From the NCBI GenBank assembly GCA_007376295.1, contig VMGB01000002.1, forward strand, positions 66,844-130,843: DNA of 64,000 nt. Direction: 5' to 3'. The translations under genes were made by a program, and so were the position numbers. A model generated the notes under the pieces. It made no database searches. It had not been told where the DNA came from and saw only the letters and a program-made list of their open reading frames with translations. This stretch comes from Parcubacteria group bacterium Gr01-1014_13. GTDB lineage: Bacteria > Patescibacteriota > Patescibacteriia > Magasanikbacterales > GWA2-37-8. Of this stretch, positions 20,608 through 30,834 are shown piece by piece (position 1 is the first letter of the stretch; every line of letters starts with the position of its first letter).

Positions 20608-21109
20608 TATGCCAAAAGAAGAAATTATTCTCGGCATAGACCCGGGTTTTGGTCGGGTAGGTTGGGGTGTAATAAAAAAAGATGCCAAAGGTGAGTGGAG
20701 AGAATTAGGTTTTGGCTGTATAGAAACCTCTGCGAAAAAATCTTTTGTCGAAAGAATTTCTCAGATTCACGAAGAGTTAATAAATTTGATAAAAAAATAT
20801 AAGCCAACACGGATGGCTGTGGAAGAATTGTTCTTTTTTTCTAATGTAAAGACGGCTATAGAAGTGGGGCAGGCACGGGGAGTAATTCTGCTTACGGGCG
20901 TAGAAAATAATTTGCCTATAGATGAATTTACACCGTTGCAAGTCAAACAAGCTATAACTGGTTATGGCCGGGCGGAAAAAGACCAGATGCAAAAAATGGT
21001 AGTCGTAGTTCTGGGCATGAAAGTAAAAATAAAATCAGATGATGCAGCCGATGCGTTAGCAGTTGCCCTTTGTGCAGGACAGAGTCTGTGGGTTAAAAAA
21101 ATAAAATAA
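20597..21109 (+). CDS. ruvC: Crossover junction endodeoxyribonuclease RuvC
   Basis: ILGIDPGFGRVGWGVI...; RNase H-fold resolvase with conserved acidic residues; typical yebC-ruvC linkage. Confidence 0.9.
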   Translation: MPSNMPKEEIILGIDPGFGRVGWGVIKKDAKGEWRELGFGCIETSAKKSFVERISQIHEELINLIKKYKPTRMAVEELFFFSNVKTAIEVGQARGVILLTGVENNLPIDEFTPLQVKQAITGYGRAEKDQMQKMVVVVLGMKVKIKSDDAADALAVALCAGQSLWVKKIK

Positions 21110-21114
21110 TTAGT

Positions 21115-22707
21115 ATGAAAAAATTATTATTCCGCTCAGCTCTAATCGCAGTACTTGGTTTGGCTTTAACTTCTGGCTCAGCCTCCGTCGTAAATTCTGC
21201 AACATCTGGCGGAAGTATAGGCTATCCGGCATTTAACCCAAATGATCCCGCTGATGCTCCGCTGATGAAGTTTGCCGAAACTTGGGCAAGAAATTGGAAT
21301 TTTGAAGGACACAATGTTAGTCCTAGTTTTAGTTCTGATAGCGGAAATTGGGATTATACGGAAAAAACTTATGAGCCATGGCTTTTTGATCGAGCGTCAG
21401 TTGGATATTATTTATATAAACGCGTAACATCAACTACAGATAAAGCTCGTTGGTACCAACAGTTCTTAACTGATTTTGCATATTATCGAAACCATATAGA
21501 TGCTAATGGATATTTTCTTCCAAAAGTATTAGGAGGCGAGCAGGATACAAAGTATGGTTATGTAACTCCTTTTCTTCTCTATGAAAAAGAAACTGGTGAT
21601 GCACAGTATCGTCCAATTGCGGAAAGGGTCTATAAAACATGGTTAAAAGATTTTAGCAGCACTTACAAACCGCAAGCTAGTTTTTGGACAGAACGTGAAA
21701 TTGCCTTTGCGCTTGAAGCCGCTGTTTCTTGGTACGAATTGACTGGAGATGCGGCCGCACTTACTCGCGCTAACGAACTAATAAGTCAATGGACTGTTAT
21801 GGCCGATGCCGGAAATGGAGTTCCTCTGGTTACAATTGATAAACATGAAGGTGGCGGAGGATCACAACTAGTTACCAGTCCCTGGATGAGTGCCTTTTAT
21901 TTCCAAGCGTCTCGAAGACTTTATTCTCTTACCGGAAACACCGAAATATTACAGCAAGTAATTCGTTATGCTGACTGGATGGAAACATACGGTTATTTTG
22001 ACGGCAGTGTTTTAGATAACGATTATGCCGGAATGAAAGCACCGTATTATCTCGTTGGACCAACAGGCCCATACACTTCAGATACACCAACCGAATCAGA
22101 TTTTAACCATTGTTTGGATGTTGCGGGATTGGTTGGATTTGCTATTGAAGCAAAACAAAAACTTGGTCAATCCACTGCCGCCCTTACCAGTCGCAATTCT
22201 CAGTTGAAAGCTTGCGCTGTATATATGTTAAACGATGCCACTCGATCGACCGCTACTTTGCCAAAATATCGCTTAACACCACCACGTAAATTTAACTGGT
22301 GGATGCGTTCAACGCTTGGAACTGGGTCTGGAGCAACACTTCCATTACCTACTCCAACTCCAACACCGACTCCCATTCCTACTCCAGCACCTGTACCAAC
22401 CCCAATTCCGGTTCCAACACCTGCGCCTACACCTGTCCCTATTCCTGCACCGGTACCGGCACCTGCTCCCGCTCCTAAACCAGCTTCAGGCAAGTTCATA
22501 GTTGGTCAGCGTGTCAAAACCACAGCCAACTTAAATGTTAGAACTTCTGCTAGAATTTCAGGAAGATTATTAGGTAGACAAAAAAGAGGCTCATTGGGCA
22601 GAATAGTATCTGGTCCAATAAAAGCAAATGGGTATACCTGGTGGAAAATAAATTATGATAATGGTGCAGATGGTTATTCTGTAGAAAATTTTCTAGTTAA
22701 AAAATAA
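21115..22707 (+). CDS. Secreted protein: signal peptide, ~380-aa alpha-helical domain, Pro/Thr-rich linker, C-terminal SH3b domain
   Basis: N-terminal signal peptide ([23 protein letters not shown]). PT linker [18 protein letters not shown].... C-terminal SH3_3-like segment ([16 protein letters not shown]...[16 protein letters not shown]). Confidence 0.6.
   Translation: MKKLLFRSALIAVLGLALTSGSASVVNSATSGGSIGYPAFNPNDPADAPLMKFAETWARNWNFEGHNVSPSFSSDSGNWDYTEKTYEPWLFDRASVGYYLYKRVTSTTDKARWYQQFLTDFAYYRNHIDANGYFLPKVLGGEQDTKYGYVTPFLLYEKETGDAQYRPIAERVYKTWLKDFSSTYKPQASFWTEREIAFALEAAVSWYELTGDAAALTRANELISQWTVMADAGNGVPLVTIDKHEGGGGSQLVTSPWMSAFYFQASRRLYSLTGNTEILQQVIRYADWMETYGYFDGSVLDNDYAGMKAPYYLVGPTGPYTSDTPTESDFNHCLDVAGLVGFAIEAKQKLGQSTAALTSRNSQLKACAVYMLNDATRSTATLPKYRLTPPRKFNWWMRSTLGTGSGATLPLPTPTPTPTPIPTPAPVPTPIPVPTPAPTPVPIPAPVPAPAPAPKPASGKFIVGQRVKTTANLNVRTSARISGRLLGRQKRGSLGRIVSGPIKANGYTWWKINYDNGADGYSVENFLVKK
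22340..22480 (+). repeat. Low-complexity Pro/Thr/Ala/Val codon repeat encoding the PT linker
   Basis: Reiterated CCAACTCCAACACCGACTCCCATTCCTACTCCAGCACCTGTACCA.... Also produces a spurious antisense Gly/Ala ORF. Confidence 0.8.
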
Positions 22708-22721
22708 CTAGCATAGTTTAT

Positions 22722-23213
22722 ATGAAACTTCTTAGAGGAGAAGAAGGGATAGGGGAGGCGTTCGTTCTCGTCCTCCCCAATATCCGTAGCGGCCACAATG
22801 TGGGCGCTATTTTTCGTACAGCCGACGGCGCTGGCGTAGATAAGTTATATCTCACTGGCTACACTCCTTGCCCGCCGCATACGCAAATAGACAAGGTTTC
22901 TTTGGGGGCGGAAAAATGGATGCCTTGGGAATATAACAAACAAGCTGGGACTTTGCTTAAAAAATTAAAGAAAATGGGGTATAATATAGTAGCTTTGGAA
23001 CAAACAAAAACAAGTCAAAATATTTTTGACTGGCAACCAAAATTTCCCACTGCTTTAATTTTGGGAAATGAAAAAACTGGCGTGCCAAAATCTCTGCTCA
23101 AATATTGCGACGAGTCAGTGGAAATTCCAATGCAGGGCAAGAAAAACAGTTTAAATGTTAGCGTGGCCGCAGGTATTGCTATGTATCGTATTAGTCTATG
23201 CAATCAACAATAA
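22722..23213 (+). CDS. SpoU/TrmH-family RNA 2'-O-methyltransferase (TrmL-like)
   Basis: 163 aa; SPOUT motifs (HNVGAIFRTADGAGV; LILGNEKTGV; VEIPM.G...SLNVSVAAGIAMY). Confidence 0.8.
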   Translation: MKLLRGEEGIGEAFVLVLPNIRSGHNVGAIFRTADGAGVDKLYLTGYTPCPPHTQIDKVSLGAEKWMPWEYNKQAGTLLKKLKKMGYNIVALEQTKTSQNIFDWQPKFPTALILGNEKTGVPKSLLKYCDESVEIPMQGKKNSLNVSVAAGIAMYRISLCNQQ

Positions 23214-23917
23214 AACTATTTTGGCATCTATATGACCATTTACCGCCTCTATTTCCAGAGGAGGTAGCTTTGGAAATGAAAAATGAATTAGAAAATTTGG
23301 ATCAGTCTGGCCTAAGTTTGGAAAAGATAGAAAATAAAATGATAAAATTTGGTTATGAAATTTGGCCATGGAATCAGGCCTATAAACATTTTTTAGATAT
23401 TGCCAGAGACCAAGTAGGGGAACATTTTTTGTTGCCACAGATGAGTCCGGGTCTGCATAAAAAATATCTAGATTTTAAAGTTTATGGCGGTGGGCTAAAA
23501 GATTTGGAAACCGGCAGAGCAGCTATTTTTTTTACACCTGAAGAAAGAGCGGAGTTATGCACAGAGTTGGTAAATATGCGGGTGCAATTAACAGATTATG
23601 TCAGCCGGGATTTAATCGGGGTTAACAAAAATAAATATTTTGAAAAAATAGAGGAGTATGAAAAATTATTGCAGAAAATAAAATCAAATTTGGATTCCTT
23701 GCGTAGTATGGTGGTAAAGGAAGAAGCTGGCTCGGTTTTGGCAGGAGAAATCAATTCTAAAATACGAGATTTTGAACACGGTTTATGCTTGCTGGGTACA
23801 GAGCTGGACTATGAAGCAGTCTGCCAAGCCCCGGATTTTTTTGCTGGCAGAAAAGTCGAATTAAGCCGTTTGCGCGGCATACATATACCAATGCAGATAG
23901 ATTTTTTCAACAGCTAG
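23198..23917 (+). CDS. Hypothetical protein
   Basis: 239-aa ORF, helical, no recognisable family. Confidence 0.4.
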   Translation: MQSTIKLFWHLYDHLPPLFPEEVALEMKNELENLDQSGLSLEKIENKMIKFGYEIWPWNQAYKHFLDIARDQVGEHFLLPQMSPGLHKKYLDFKVYGGGLKDLETGRAAIFFTPEERAELCTELVNMRVQLTDYVSRDLIGVNKNKYFEKIEEYEKLLQKIKSNLDSLRSMVVKEEAGSVLAGEINSKIRDFEHGLCLLGTELDYEAVCQAPDFFAGRKVELSRLRGIHIPMQIDFFNS

Positions 23918-24912
23918 ATTGCTTTTGGTTTTATTGAAGAGAATTTAGAAATGGTTTCGGCCATCTCTTTTTTGTTTAGAAGATTTTTTTCTGGGCCAGA
24001 AGACGAAATCGCGGTGCAGCTGTTGGCAATTCCCCAATTTAAGGCAGTGCTGGTGTCATGGTTGTATAAGCGAGCAGCCAGATAACCAGAAGAAAATGCA
24101 TCTCCAGCGCCGGTTTTGGAAACTACTTCCACAGGAAAGCTGTCACAGTGCCATACGCCGTTTTCGTTTCCGGCTGAAGCGCCTTGGCCGCCATTGGTAA
24201 TCACGACTTCTTTAGCGCCTAGTGCCAAAAGTTTTTGGATCAAAACGCGATCATCATTTAAATCCGCACCCAATATTTTTTTTGCTTCTTCTAAATTAAC
24301 AATTAAAATATCTGTGCGAGGCAAAATTTCTTTGACTAAATTTAAATTTTTTATTTGGATTGAACCAGGGTTATAAGCCAGATGGATTCCTTTGTTTTTA
24401 TTTAGAAAATTAAGTAGATTATTTTGCAGATTTTCGTATCCCTCACTAAGACTAGTGTAATAAATCCAGTCTGCTTTTGGTAAGTTTTTTGGGAAGTCGT
24501 AAGTTCTTTCCTGGTGGTAGGATAAAATGGTTCTCTCTTTTTTAAAATGCAACACTACGGAGTATCGGGTTTTTATTTTCTTATCCATGGACAGAAGACG
24601 GGTATCCACTTTGTGTTTTTTTAGGTTTTCTTTAATCATTTCTCCATTGGCATCCTTGCCTATCGATGTTAAAATTGTGGTTTTTAGACCCAATTTGGTA
24701 GCACCTATAGCCATATTAGCCGCATTGCCGCCTATTGCTTGGAAACTATCGGTTAGAGGAATTTTGCTGGCATAATTTAGGCAAACTTGGCAGTTTTGTT
24801 TATTTACATCACACTCCAAAGTGGCGTCATCTATAAAGACATTAGTGTCGATGACTGCGTCGCCAATAGTGATAAGGTTGTACATATTAATTAATATGTT
24901 TATGTTTGCCAA
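23914..24912 (-). CDS. PfkB-family carbohydrate/nucleoside kinase (ribokinase-like)
   Basis: N-terminal GG motif region (IGGNAANMA) and C-terminal TGAGDAF anion-hole motif. Confidence 0.8.
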   Translation of the reverse strand: MANINILINMYNLITIGDAVIDTNVFIDDATLECDVNKQNCQVCLNYASKIPLTDSFQAIGGNAANMAIGATKLGLKTTILTSIGKDANGEMIKENLKKHKVDTRLLSMDKKIKTRYSVVLHFKKERTILSYHQERTYDFPKNLPKADWIYYTSLSEGYENLQNNLLNFLNKNKGIHLAYNPGSIQIKNLNLVKEILPRTDILIVNLEEAKKILGADLNDDRVLIQKLLALGAKEVVITNGGQGASAGNENGVWHCDSFPVEVVSKTGAGDAFSSGYLAARLYNHDTSTALNWGIANSCTAISSSGPEKNLLNKKEMAETISKFSSIKPKAI

Positions 24913-25183
24913 TCAAAATTTCGATTAGTTCTATCAAACTTCCGATAAATAGTCCAACCATAGCCAGAGAAAAAATTTTATTGCCAATCCATAGGGAGTA
25001 AACTAAAAGGCAGGCTGAACCAACCATAAATACCGCATCTTGGCGTCGTTCAGCTTCCAAAAAGACGCCGTAAGTTAATAGTATCGCACCTAACAGAGCC
25101 ACAATATTGATAATCGTTTCTAATAACGACATGTTGGGTAAAAAGTTTAAGAATGCAGGCATAAAAAATTTTATTCTTTCCAC
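24887..25183 (-). CDS. Small hydrophobic membrane protein
   Basis: 98 aa, three predicted TM helices, compactly placed between the trxB and pfkB-like genes. Confidence 0.4.
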   Translation of the reverse strand: MERIKFFMPAFLNFLPNMSLLETIINIVALLGAILLTYGVFLEAERRQDAVFMVGSACLLVYSLWIGNKIFSLAMVGLFIGSLIELIEILIGKHKHIN

Positions 25184-26118
25184 AAGTTAATATACTCTAT
25201 AGCCGCTAAACCGGCAATGATACCTTGGCCGGCAGCAATGCCGATTTGTTTGTAGGCCACATCAGTCACGTCTCCAGCCGCAAAAATTCCGCGCATGCTG
25301 GTGCGGCATTTTTCATCTACCATAATTTCACCGATTTTATTCTTTTTTACTTTTTCGACAAACTGCGAGTTTGGTATTGTGCCGACATGCACCATTATAC
25401 CCTCAACTGCCAGTTCATGATCTTTGCCGTTTTTGTCTTTATATTTTATGCCTGCCACTCTATCGGTACCCATTACAGCTGTAGTATTGGCTTCATAAAT
25501 AATCTCTATATTGGGCGTAGCTTTTGCTTTTTCAATCAGAATGTTTTCGCCCTTAGGGAAACCGCCATTGGTTTCTGGTGTATCAGGAAATTTGCTTAGC
25601 AAGTAAACATGCTTGGCAAAGGTGGCCATCATTAAAACTGACTCTAAAGCGGAATTGCCCGAGCCGACGGTAACGGTCGTTTTATTTTTAAATAGTGGTC
25701 CGTCGCAAACTGTGCAGTAGGTGATACCTTTTCGGTCGAGTTCATTTTCTCCGGGGACATTTAAACGACGCGGATGAATACCCGTAGCAATAATGACAGA
25801 TTTTGTCTCAATTTCCTTGGTTTCGCCAGCGCCATTTGCGGCTGTCAGGCGATAATGTTTTTTTACCGGAGTAATTTTCTCTATTTTCCAGCCTTCGTCT
25901 ATCTCTACGCCGTAAGATCTTACATGTTCATTAAATTTTTTTGCCAATTCAAATCCTTGGATACTGATAATTCCCGGCCAATTGCCGACTTCACCAGACA
26001 AAGCTACCTCTCCGCCGGTATCAAGGGTTACTATTTTAAAATTTAATTTTCTACGTGCGCAATAAATGGCTGCGCTAGAAGCTGCCGCTGATCCACCGAT
26101 GATAATAAGATCGTACAT
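25171..26118 (-). CDS. trxB: Thioredoxin-disulfide reductase
   Basis: FAD motif DLIIIGGSAAASSAA, redox-active CTVCDG, NADPH-binding GGGNSA-like motif. Confidence 0.9.
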   Translation of the reverse strand: MYDLIIIGGSAAASSAAIYCARRKLNFKIVTLDTGGEVALSGEVGNWPGIISIQGFELAKKFNEHVRSYGVEIDEGWKIEKITPVKKHYRLTAANGAGETKEIETKSVIIATGIHPRRLNVPGENELDRKGITYCTVCDGPLFKNKTTVTVGSGNSALESVLMMATFAKHVYLLSKFPDTPETNGGFPKGENILIEKAKATPNIEIIYEANTTAVMGTDRVAGIKYKDKNGKDHELAVEGIMVHVGTIPNSQFVEKVKKNKIGEIMVDEKCRTSMRGIFAAGDVTDVAYKQIGIAAGQGIIAGLAAIEYINLWKE

Positions 26119-26120
26119 AG

Positions 26121-26756
26121 TTAAATATTAGTGAGTTCTTCGTGTGCTTTTTCTACGTCGTCGGCTTGGGTAATAGCTCCGCCGATGTATAATTTTTCCG
26201 CTCCAGCGTCTACTACACTTTTTATGGTATGTTTGTTTATTCCACCATCGGCCGCGATAGTTACATTTAGTCCCAATTTTTTAAATTCTTTTATTTTTTC
26301 CAAAACTTCTGGCAGAAATGGCGCTCCTTGCTGGCCAGGGTGAACAGTCATAAACAGTATTTCGTCCACCATATCTATGTAAGGCATGATTTTCTCTATT
26401 TTTGTTTCCGGGTTAAGAGCTATACCTGCTTTCCAGCCATTTTCTTTGATGATTTTTATACATTGTTCAGCGTTAACATCGGCTTCAATATGAAAAACTG
26501 CGTTGGTTACACTGTTGTTTTCTTTCCATTTGGCTATTTCGGCAACAGGGTCTTTTACCATCAGGTGCAATTCGAAATATGCTTCGGAATTTATATCATT
26601 TAGCTCTTCTCTTTCTGAAAAAGTTTTGTTGGGTAAAAAAATTCCATCGATAACATCTATTTGAACAGAAGAAAAATCTTTGTGGACTTTTGTTAGATGA
26701 TCTTTGAAAGTTGTAAAGCTATCCGTAAGTATGGCCGGTACGATAAGAGGAATCAT
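26121..26756 (-). CDS. rpe: Ribulose-phosphate 3-epimerase
   Basis: TIM-barrel Rpe pattern (PAILT.DF......VH.D..DG.F.PN.TF; HLMV; ADGGIN). Confidence 0.8.
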   Translation of the reverse strand: MIPLIVPAILTDSFTTFKDHLTKVHKDFSSVQIDVIDGIFLPNKTFSEREELNDINSEAYFELHLMVKDPVAEIAKWKENNSVTNAVFHIEADVNAEQCIKIIKENGWKAGIALNPETKIEKIMPYIDMVDEILFMTVHPGQQGAPFLPEVLEKIKEFKKLGLNVTIAADGGINKHTIKSVVDAGAEKLYIGGAITQADDVEKAHEELTNI

Positions 26757-26757
26757 A

Positions 26758-27201
26758 TCATTTTTCTAAATCTTCTATTTTTTGATTTCTTCTAACAAAC
26801 CTTTCATCACCATCAAATTTTGTTTCCAGGAATTTTTTTACAATCGCATTAGCAAAATCCAGAGAAGCGGGAGTGCCAGGCATACAAAGAATGTTGGCAT
26901 TATTGTGTTTGCGGCCGAGCTCGGTCGCTGAAATGTTATAGCCCATTATAGCATAGGCCCCCTTTATTTTATTAGCCGCGATACACATGCCTTGGCCAGT
27001 GCCGCAGATTAAAATACCAAGACTATCTTTGTCTTTGGCCACAGCTTTGGCCAGAGGTATGGCATAGTCCGGAAAATCGTCGTTTTCTACAAAGGCAGTC
27101 GGGCCTAGGTCCTCTACCTCTTTATTTAGTTTGTCTTTGATGTATTTTATGGTTTCTTTTTTGAGTTGGAAACCGGCATGATCAGAAGCTATGTATATCA
27201 T
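26758..27201 (-). CDS. rpiB: Ribose-5-phosphate isomerase B
   Basis: IASDHAGF...ILICGTGQGMCIAANK, the RpiB/LacAB signature. Confidence 0.88.
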   Translation of the reverse strand: MIYIASDHAGFQLKKETIKYIKDKLNKEVEDLGPTAFVENDDFPDYAIPLAKAVAKDKDSLGILICGTGQGMCIAANKIKGAYAIMGYNISATELGRKHNNANILCMPGTPASLDFANAIVKKFLETKFDGDERFVRRNQKIEDLEK

Positions 27202-27383
27202 ATTGAGTGAAATTTAAGGTTTGTATGCATACAATTATAGCGACTTTAGTAAACATTGACAAGAACGGTTTTTTGTGGTATTGTTGGCTATTCTTTAAAC
27301 AATTTAACTTTTTAGGTGGGATTCTCACTTGTTGCCAGGCAATTTTGCTTTGGCGAGGGTGGGATCAAAAATGGAGGTTTGCG

Positions 27384-27662
27384 ATGGCGAGTTGCCCCTA
27401 TTGCAGTTATGGCGAGCCTGGGCATGATAAGGCTTGTCCGGAGTCGATGTCTGGACAGGCCAAGGTTTTGGCCCAGAAGAGCTGTCAAGCCGGGTATCGA
27501 CAAGGCCGGTCTGGCAAGCCAGAGCCGACTGATGCCAGCGCTAGCTATAGCCTCGGCTACGGCCGCGGAATCGTGGCGCTGGAGGAGGCGGAGAATGGGT
27601 ATGACCCGCGCTTCGACGACATGAGCGCTGACCCGGCGTACTACGATTCAGACGACTACTAG
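27384..27662 (+). CDS. Small Cys-containing acidic protein on a GC-rich islet (unknown function)
   Basis: ATG 6 nt after a GGAGG RBS. 92 aa: MASCPYCSYGEPGHDKACPES...DPAYYDSDDY. Local G+C is far above flanking DNA. Followed by two hairpin terminators. Confidence 0.45.
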   Translation: MASCPYCSYGEPGHDKACPESMSGQAKVLAQKSCQAGYRQGRSGKPEPTDASASYSLGYGRGIVALEEAENGYDPRFDDMSADPAYYDSDDY

Positions 27663-27732
27663 CTTAAATCATCATCCACCAACAACCCCCGATTTGTCGG
27701 GGGATTCTACTTAAGAAGTTAAACATCAGCTA

Positions 27733-27762
27733 AAAAGACCTTGTAATAGAGGTCTTTTTGTT
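27733..27762 (+). terminator. Rho-independent terminator after the GC-rich small gene
   Basis: AAAAGACC-TTGTAATAGA-GGTCTTTT followed by TG; a second hairpin CCCCCGA-TTTG-TCGGGGG lies at 27686-27703. Confidence 0.55.
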
Positions 27763-27826
27763 GCCAAAAATCTTTGACTGTTAAGCGGTTTTTTGTTAGT
27801 ATATTTCTATTGAGTAAGCTAAAATT

Positions 27827-30814
27827 ATGTATAATTCCAATCAAGAAGAGCAAGATATTTTACGGTATTGGGACGAACATCAGTGCTTCGAAAAATCAAT
27901 CGCCAACCGTTCTACCAAAAAACCCTATCATTTCTATGATGGGCCGCCTTTTGCTACCGGTTTGCCTCATTATGGCCATATTGTGGCTTCACTCATGAAA
28001 GACGTGGTACCACGATATTTCACCATGCGTGGATACAGGGTAGAACGCAAATGGGGTTGGGATTGCCATGGACTTCCAATCGAAAACATTATTGAAAAAG
28101 AACTTAATTTATCTACTAAAAAAGAAATTGAGGCCTATGGCGTTGCTAAATTTAACGAAGCTTGCCGCGCCACAGTTTTGAAATACGCGCACGAATGGGA
28201 AAAAACCATAAAACGCATGGGTCGTTGGGTAGACATGAAAAACGATTACAAAACCATGGATATTGGTTTTATGGAAAGTGTTTGGTGGGTATTCAAACAG
28301 CTTTGGGATCGCGATTTGATTTACAAAGATTACAAAGCCATGCACATATGTCCGCGTTGTGCCACAACGCTATCTAATTTTGAAGTTACCCAGGGCTATA
28401 AAGATATCAAAGATATTTCAGTAGTGGCGAAGTTTAAAATAAAAGAAGGCTATCAAAGTAAATTTGATTTTTTAAATATCAAAGGCCCAATTTATATTTT
28501 AGCTTGGACTACAACACCATGGACATTGCCAGGCAATGTATTGTTGGCGCTAGGATCTGACATAGAATACTTGCTTGTTACAATCGAAGGCGAAGAGGGC
28601 GCTTTTGTGGTGGCCAGGGAGCGCGCTGAAGCGGTATTTAAGGATAAAACTTGGAAAGAAATTGGTCGTTTCAAAGGTAAAGAATTGGCCGGGTTGGAAT
28701 ACGAGCCACTGTTCCCATATTTCAAAGATACACCCAAGGCCTTTCGTTTAGTAACGGCAAAATTTGTTACCACTACAGATGGTACTGGTATTGTGCATAT
28801 TTCCCCGGCCTTTGGTGAGGAAGACTTTAAGGTTGGAAAAGCGGAAGGATTGCCTCTGGTTCAGCATGTGGGAATGGATGGGAAATTTGTATCGGCTGTG
28901 ACTGATTTTGCTGGTATGGATGTTAAGCCAATAGATGATGTAACTAAAGCTGACGTAGAAATTATTAAATGGCTCGCCCACAATGGCAAATTATTTAGTA
29001 AAGAAAAAATAGAACATAGTTATCCGCACTGTTGGCGTTGTGATACTCCGTTATTAAATTATGCTACTACCAGCTGGTTTGTGCGGGTTACTTTATTAAA
29101 AGATCAGTTATTAAAAAATAACGAAGAGATCAGTTGGGTGCCAGAACATATTAAAAAAGGACGTTTTGGCGTGTGGCTGGAAGGCGCGCGCGACTGGGCG
29201 ATTAGCCGCAGTCGTTATTGGGGCACGCCTTTGCCGATTTGGGAAGGAAGCAATGGTGAAGTTGTTTGTATTGGCAGTATTGAAGAGTTGGAAAAATTAT
29301 CTGGCGAAAAAGTTACAGATCTTCATAAACATTTTATTGATGGCATGATTATTACCAAAGACGGCCAGGAGTATAGACGTATTCCGGAAGTTTTAGATTG
29401 CTGGTTTGAATCCGGCAGCATGCCTTATGGCCAAATGCATTATCCGTTTGAAAACAAGAAAAAATTTGAAAGCAGTTTCCCAGCCGAGTTTATTGCCGAA
29501 GGCCAAGACCAAACTCGCGGTTGGTTTTATACCCTTCATGTTTTGGCCGTGGCTCTAACAAGCAAGGTCCGTTTGATGAGTAAAAAACCAGCAATTCCAG
29601 TATCTGGTTTTCCATCACTACGCTACGGCGAGCCGGCTTTTAAGAATGTAATTGTTAACGGGATTGTGTTGGCTGAAGATGGTAAGAAAATGAGCAAGCG
29701 TTTAAAAAATTATCCGGAGCCGGAAATAATTTTAGAAAAATATGGCGCCGATGCCATGCGATATTATCTGGCTACTTCACCGGTAATGGCCGCTGAATCT
29801 TTGAATTTTTCCGAAGTAGGTGTAAGAGAAATGTATAATAAATTAATTAATACAGTATATAATGTTCTGGAATTTTATCTGATGTATACAGATCAGAAGT
29901 CGAATGGTAAAAAACAGAAATCAGACCATGTATTAGATAAATGGATTTTGGCAAAATTACAGATTTTAGTAAAAGATGTCACCGAAGGTATGGAAGCATA
30001 TAAATTAGTAGACGCCAGCCGGCCAATAGCAGATTTTGTCACTGAACTTTCGCAATGGTATGTGCGCCGCTCGCGCGATAGGTTCAAGGGTGATAATGAT
30101 AAAGACAAACAGCTTGCCTTGGCTACTCTTCACGAAGTTTTGTTTACTTTAGCCAAAGTAATGGCACCGTTTACACCGTTTATGGCCGAAAAAATTTATT
30201 TATCTTTAAAGGGTGAGAAAGAAAGTGTGCATTTAGAAGATTGGCCTGAGGCTGATAAAAAATTAATGGATGAGAAAGTTTTGGAACAGATGAGTTTGGC
30301 TAGAAAAATCGTAGAAATGGGTCTGGCATTGCGAGCGGAAAAAAGTATTAAAGTAAGACAGCCACTCAATAAATTGTTGGTTAATGAAAAGTTTTCCGTA
30401 GATTTATCTACAACTATCGCTGCAGAATTAAATATAAAAAAAGTAGAAACACTGTCTAAATTAATGGGTGTTGGAGTTGGTGGGTTAATACCAGATAATT
30501 TTGTCACAAAAGAAGAGGGGAAATTAAGCGTGTTGTTAGACATAGCCATTACTGACGAACTAAAAGCCGAAGGCCTGGTCCGAGAAATTATCCGTACCAT
30601 AAATCAAATTCGCAAAGAACAAAAATTGACGATTTCGGATAGGGTGATAGTTAGATATAGTGCTAGTGATGCATCATTAAGATTTATTTTTGAAAAATAT
30701 GTTGAGGAAATAAAAAAATCAGTATTGGCTTTTGCAGTCGAAGAGGGTGATACAGAACAAGAAATTGAAATTGAAGGCTTGAAATTAAAAATTGGAGTGC
30801 ATAGAATGCAATAA
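27827..30814 (+). CDS. ileS: Isoleucyl-tRNA synthetase, type 2 (eukaryote/archaeal-like)
   Basis: PPFATGLPHYGH (the type-2 IleRS HIGH variant), KMSKR (KMSKS) motif, CWRC zinc knuckle; 995 aa. Confidence 0.9.
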   Translation: MYNSNQEEQDILRYWDEHQCFEKSIANRSTKKPYHFYDGPPFATGLPHYGHIVASLMKDVVPRYFTMRGYRVERKWGWDCHGLPIENIIEKELNLSTKKEIEAYGVAKFNEACRATVLKYAHEWEKTIKRMGRWVDMKNDYKTMDIGFMESVWWVFKQLWDRDLIYKDYKAMHICPRCATTLSNFEVTQGYKDIKDISVVAKFKIKEGYQSKFDFLNIKGPIYILAWTTTPWTLPGNVLLALGSDIEYLLVTIEGEEGAFVVARERAEAVFKDKTWKEIGRFKGKELAGLEYEPLFPYFKDTPKAFRLVTAKFVTTTDGTGIVHISPAFGEEDFKVGKAEGLPLVQHVGMDGKFVSAVTDFAGMDVKPIDDVTKADVEIIKWLAHNGKLFSKEKIEHSYPHCWRCDTPLLNYATTSWFVRVTLLKDQLLKNNEEISWVPEHIKKGRFGVWLEGARDWAISRSRYWGTPLPIWEGSNGEVVCIGSIEELEKLSGEKVTDLHKHFIDGMIITKDGQEYRRIPEVLDCWFESGSMPYGQMHYPFENKKKFESSFPAEFIAEGQDQTRGWFYTLHVLAVALTSKVRLMSKKPAIPVSGFPSLRYGEPAFKNVIVNGIVLAEDGKKMSKRLKNYPEPEIILEKYGADAMRYYLATSPVMAAESLNFSEVGVREMYNKLINTVYNVLEFYLMYTDQKSNGKKQKSDHVLDKWILAKLQILVKDVTEGMEAYKLVDASRPIADFVTELSQWYVRRSRDRFKGDNDKDKQLALATLHEVLFTLAKVMAPFTPFMAEKIYLSLKGEKESVHLEDWPEADKKLMDEKVLEQMSLARKIVEMGLALRAEKSIKVRQPLNKLLVNEKFSVDLSTTIAAELNIKKVETLSKLMGVGVGGLIPDNFVTKEEGKLSVLLDIAITDELKAEGLVREIIRTINQIRKEQKLTISDRVIVRYSASDASLRFIFEKYVEEIKKSVLAFAVEEGDTEQEIEIEGLKLKIGVHRMQ

Positions 30815-30834
30815 TTAAATTTAATATAATCTGT

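Noticed and set aside
22200-22499. Minus-strand 99-aa Gly/Ala/Val-rich ORF
   Set aside because: Antisense of the Pro/Thr-rich linker codon repeat inside the 21115-22707 gene; low-complexity artefact.
27316-27624. Alternative-frame 102-aa Arg-rich ORF, and the long 27207 start, in the GC-rich islet
   Set aside because: The Arg/Trp-rich composition is typical of an off-frame read through GC-rich DNA. The frame starting at 27384 with a GGAGG RBS is preferred. The 27207 start would add an implausible hydrophobic extension with no RBS.
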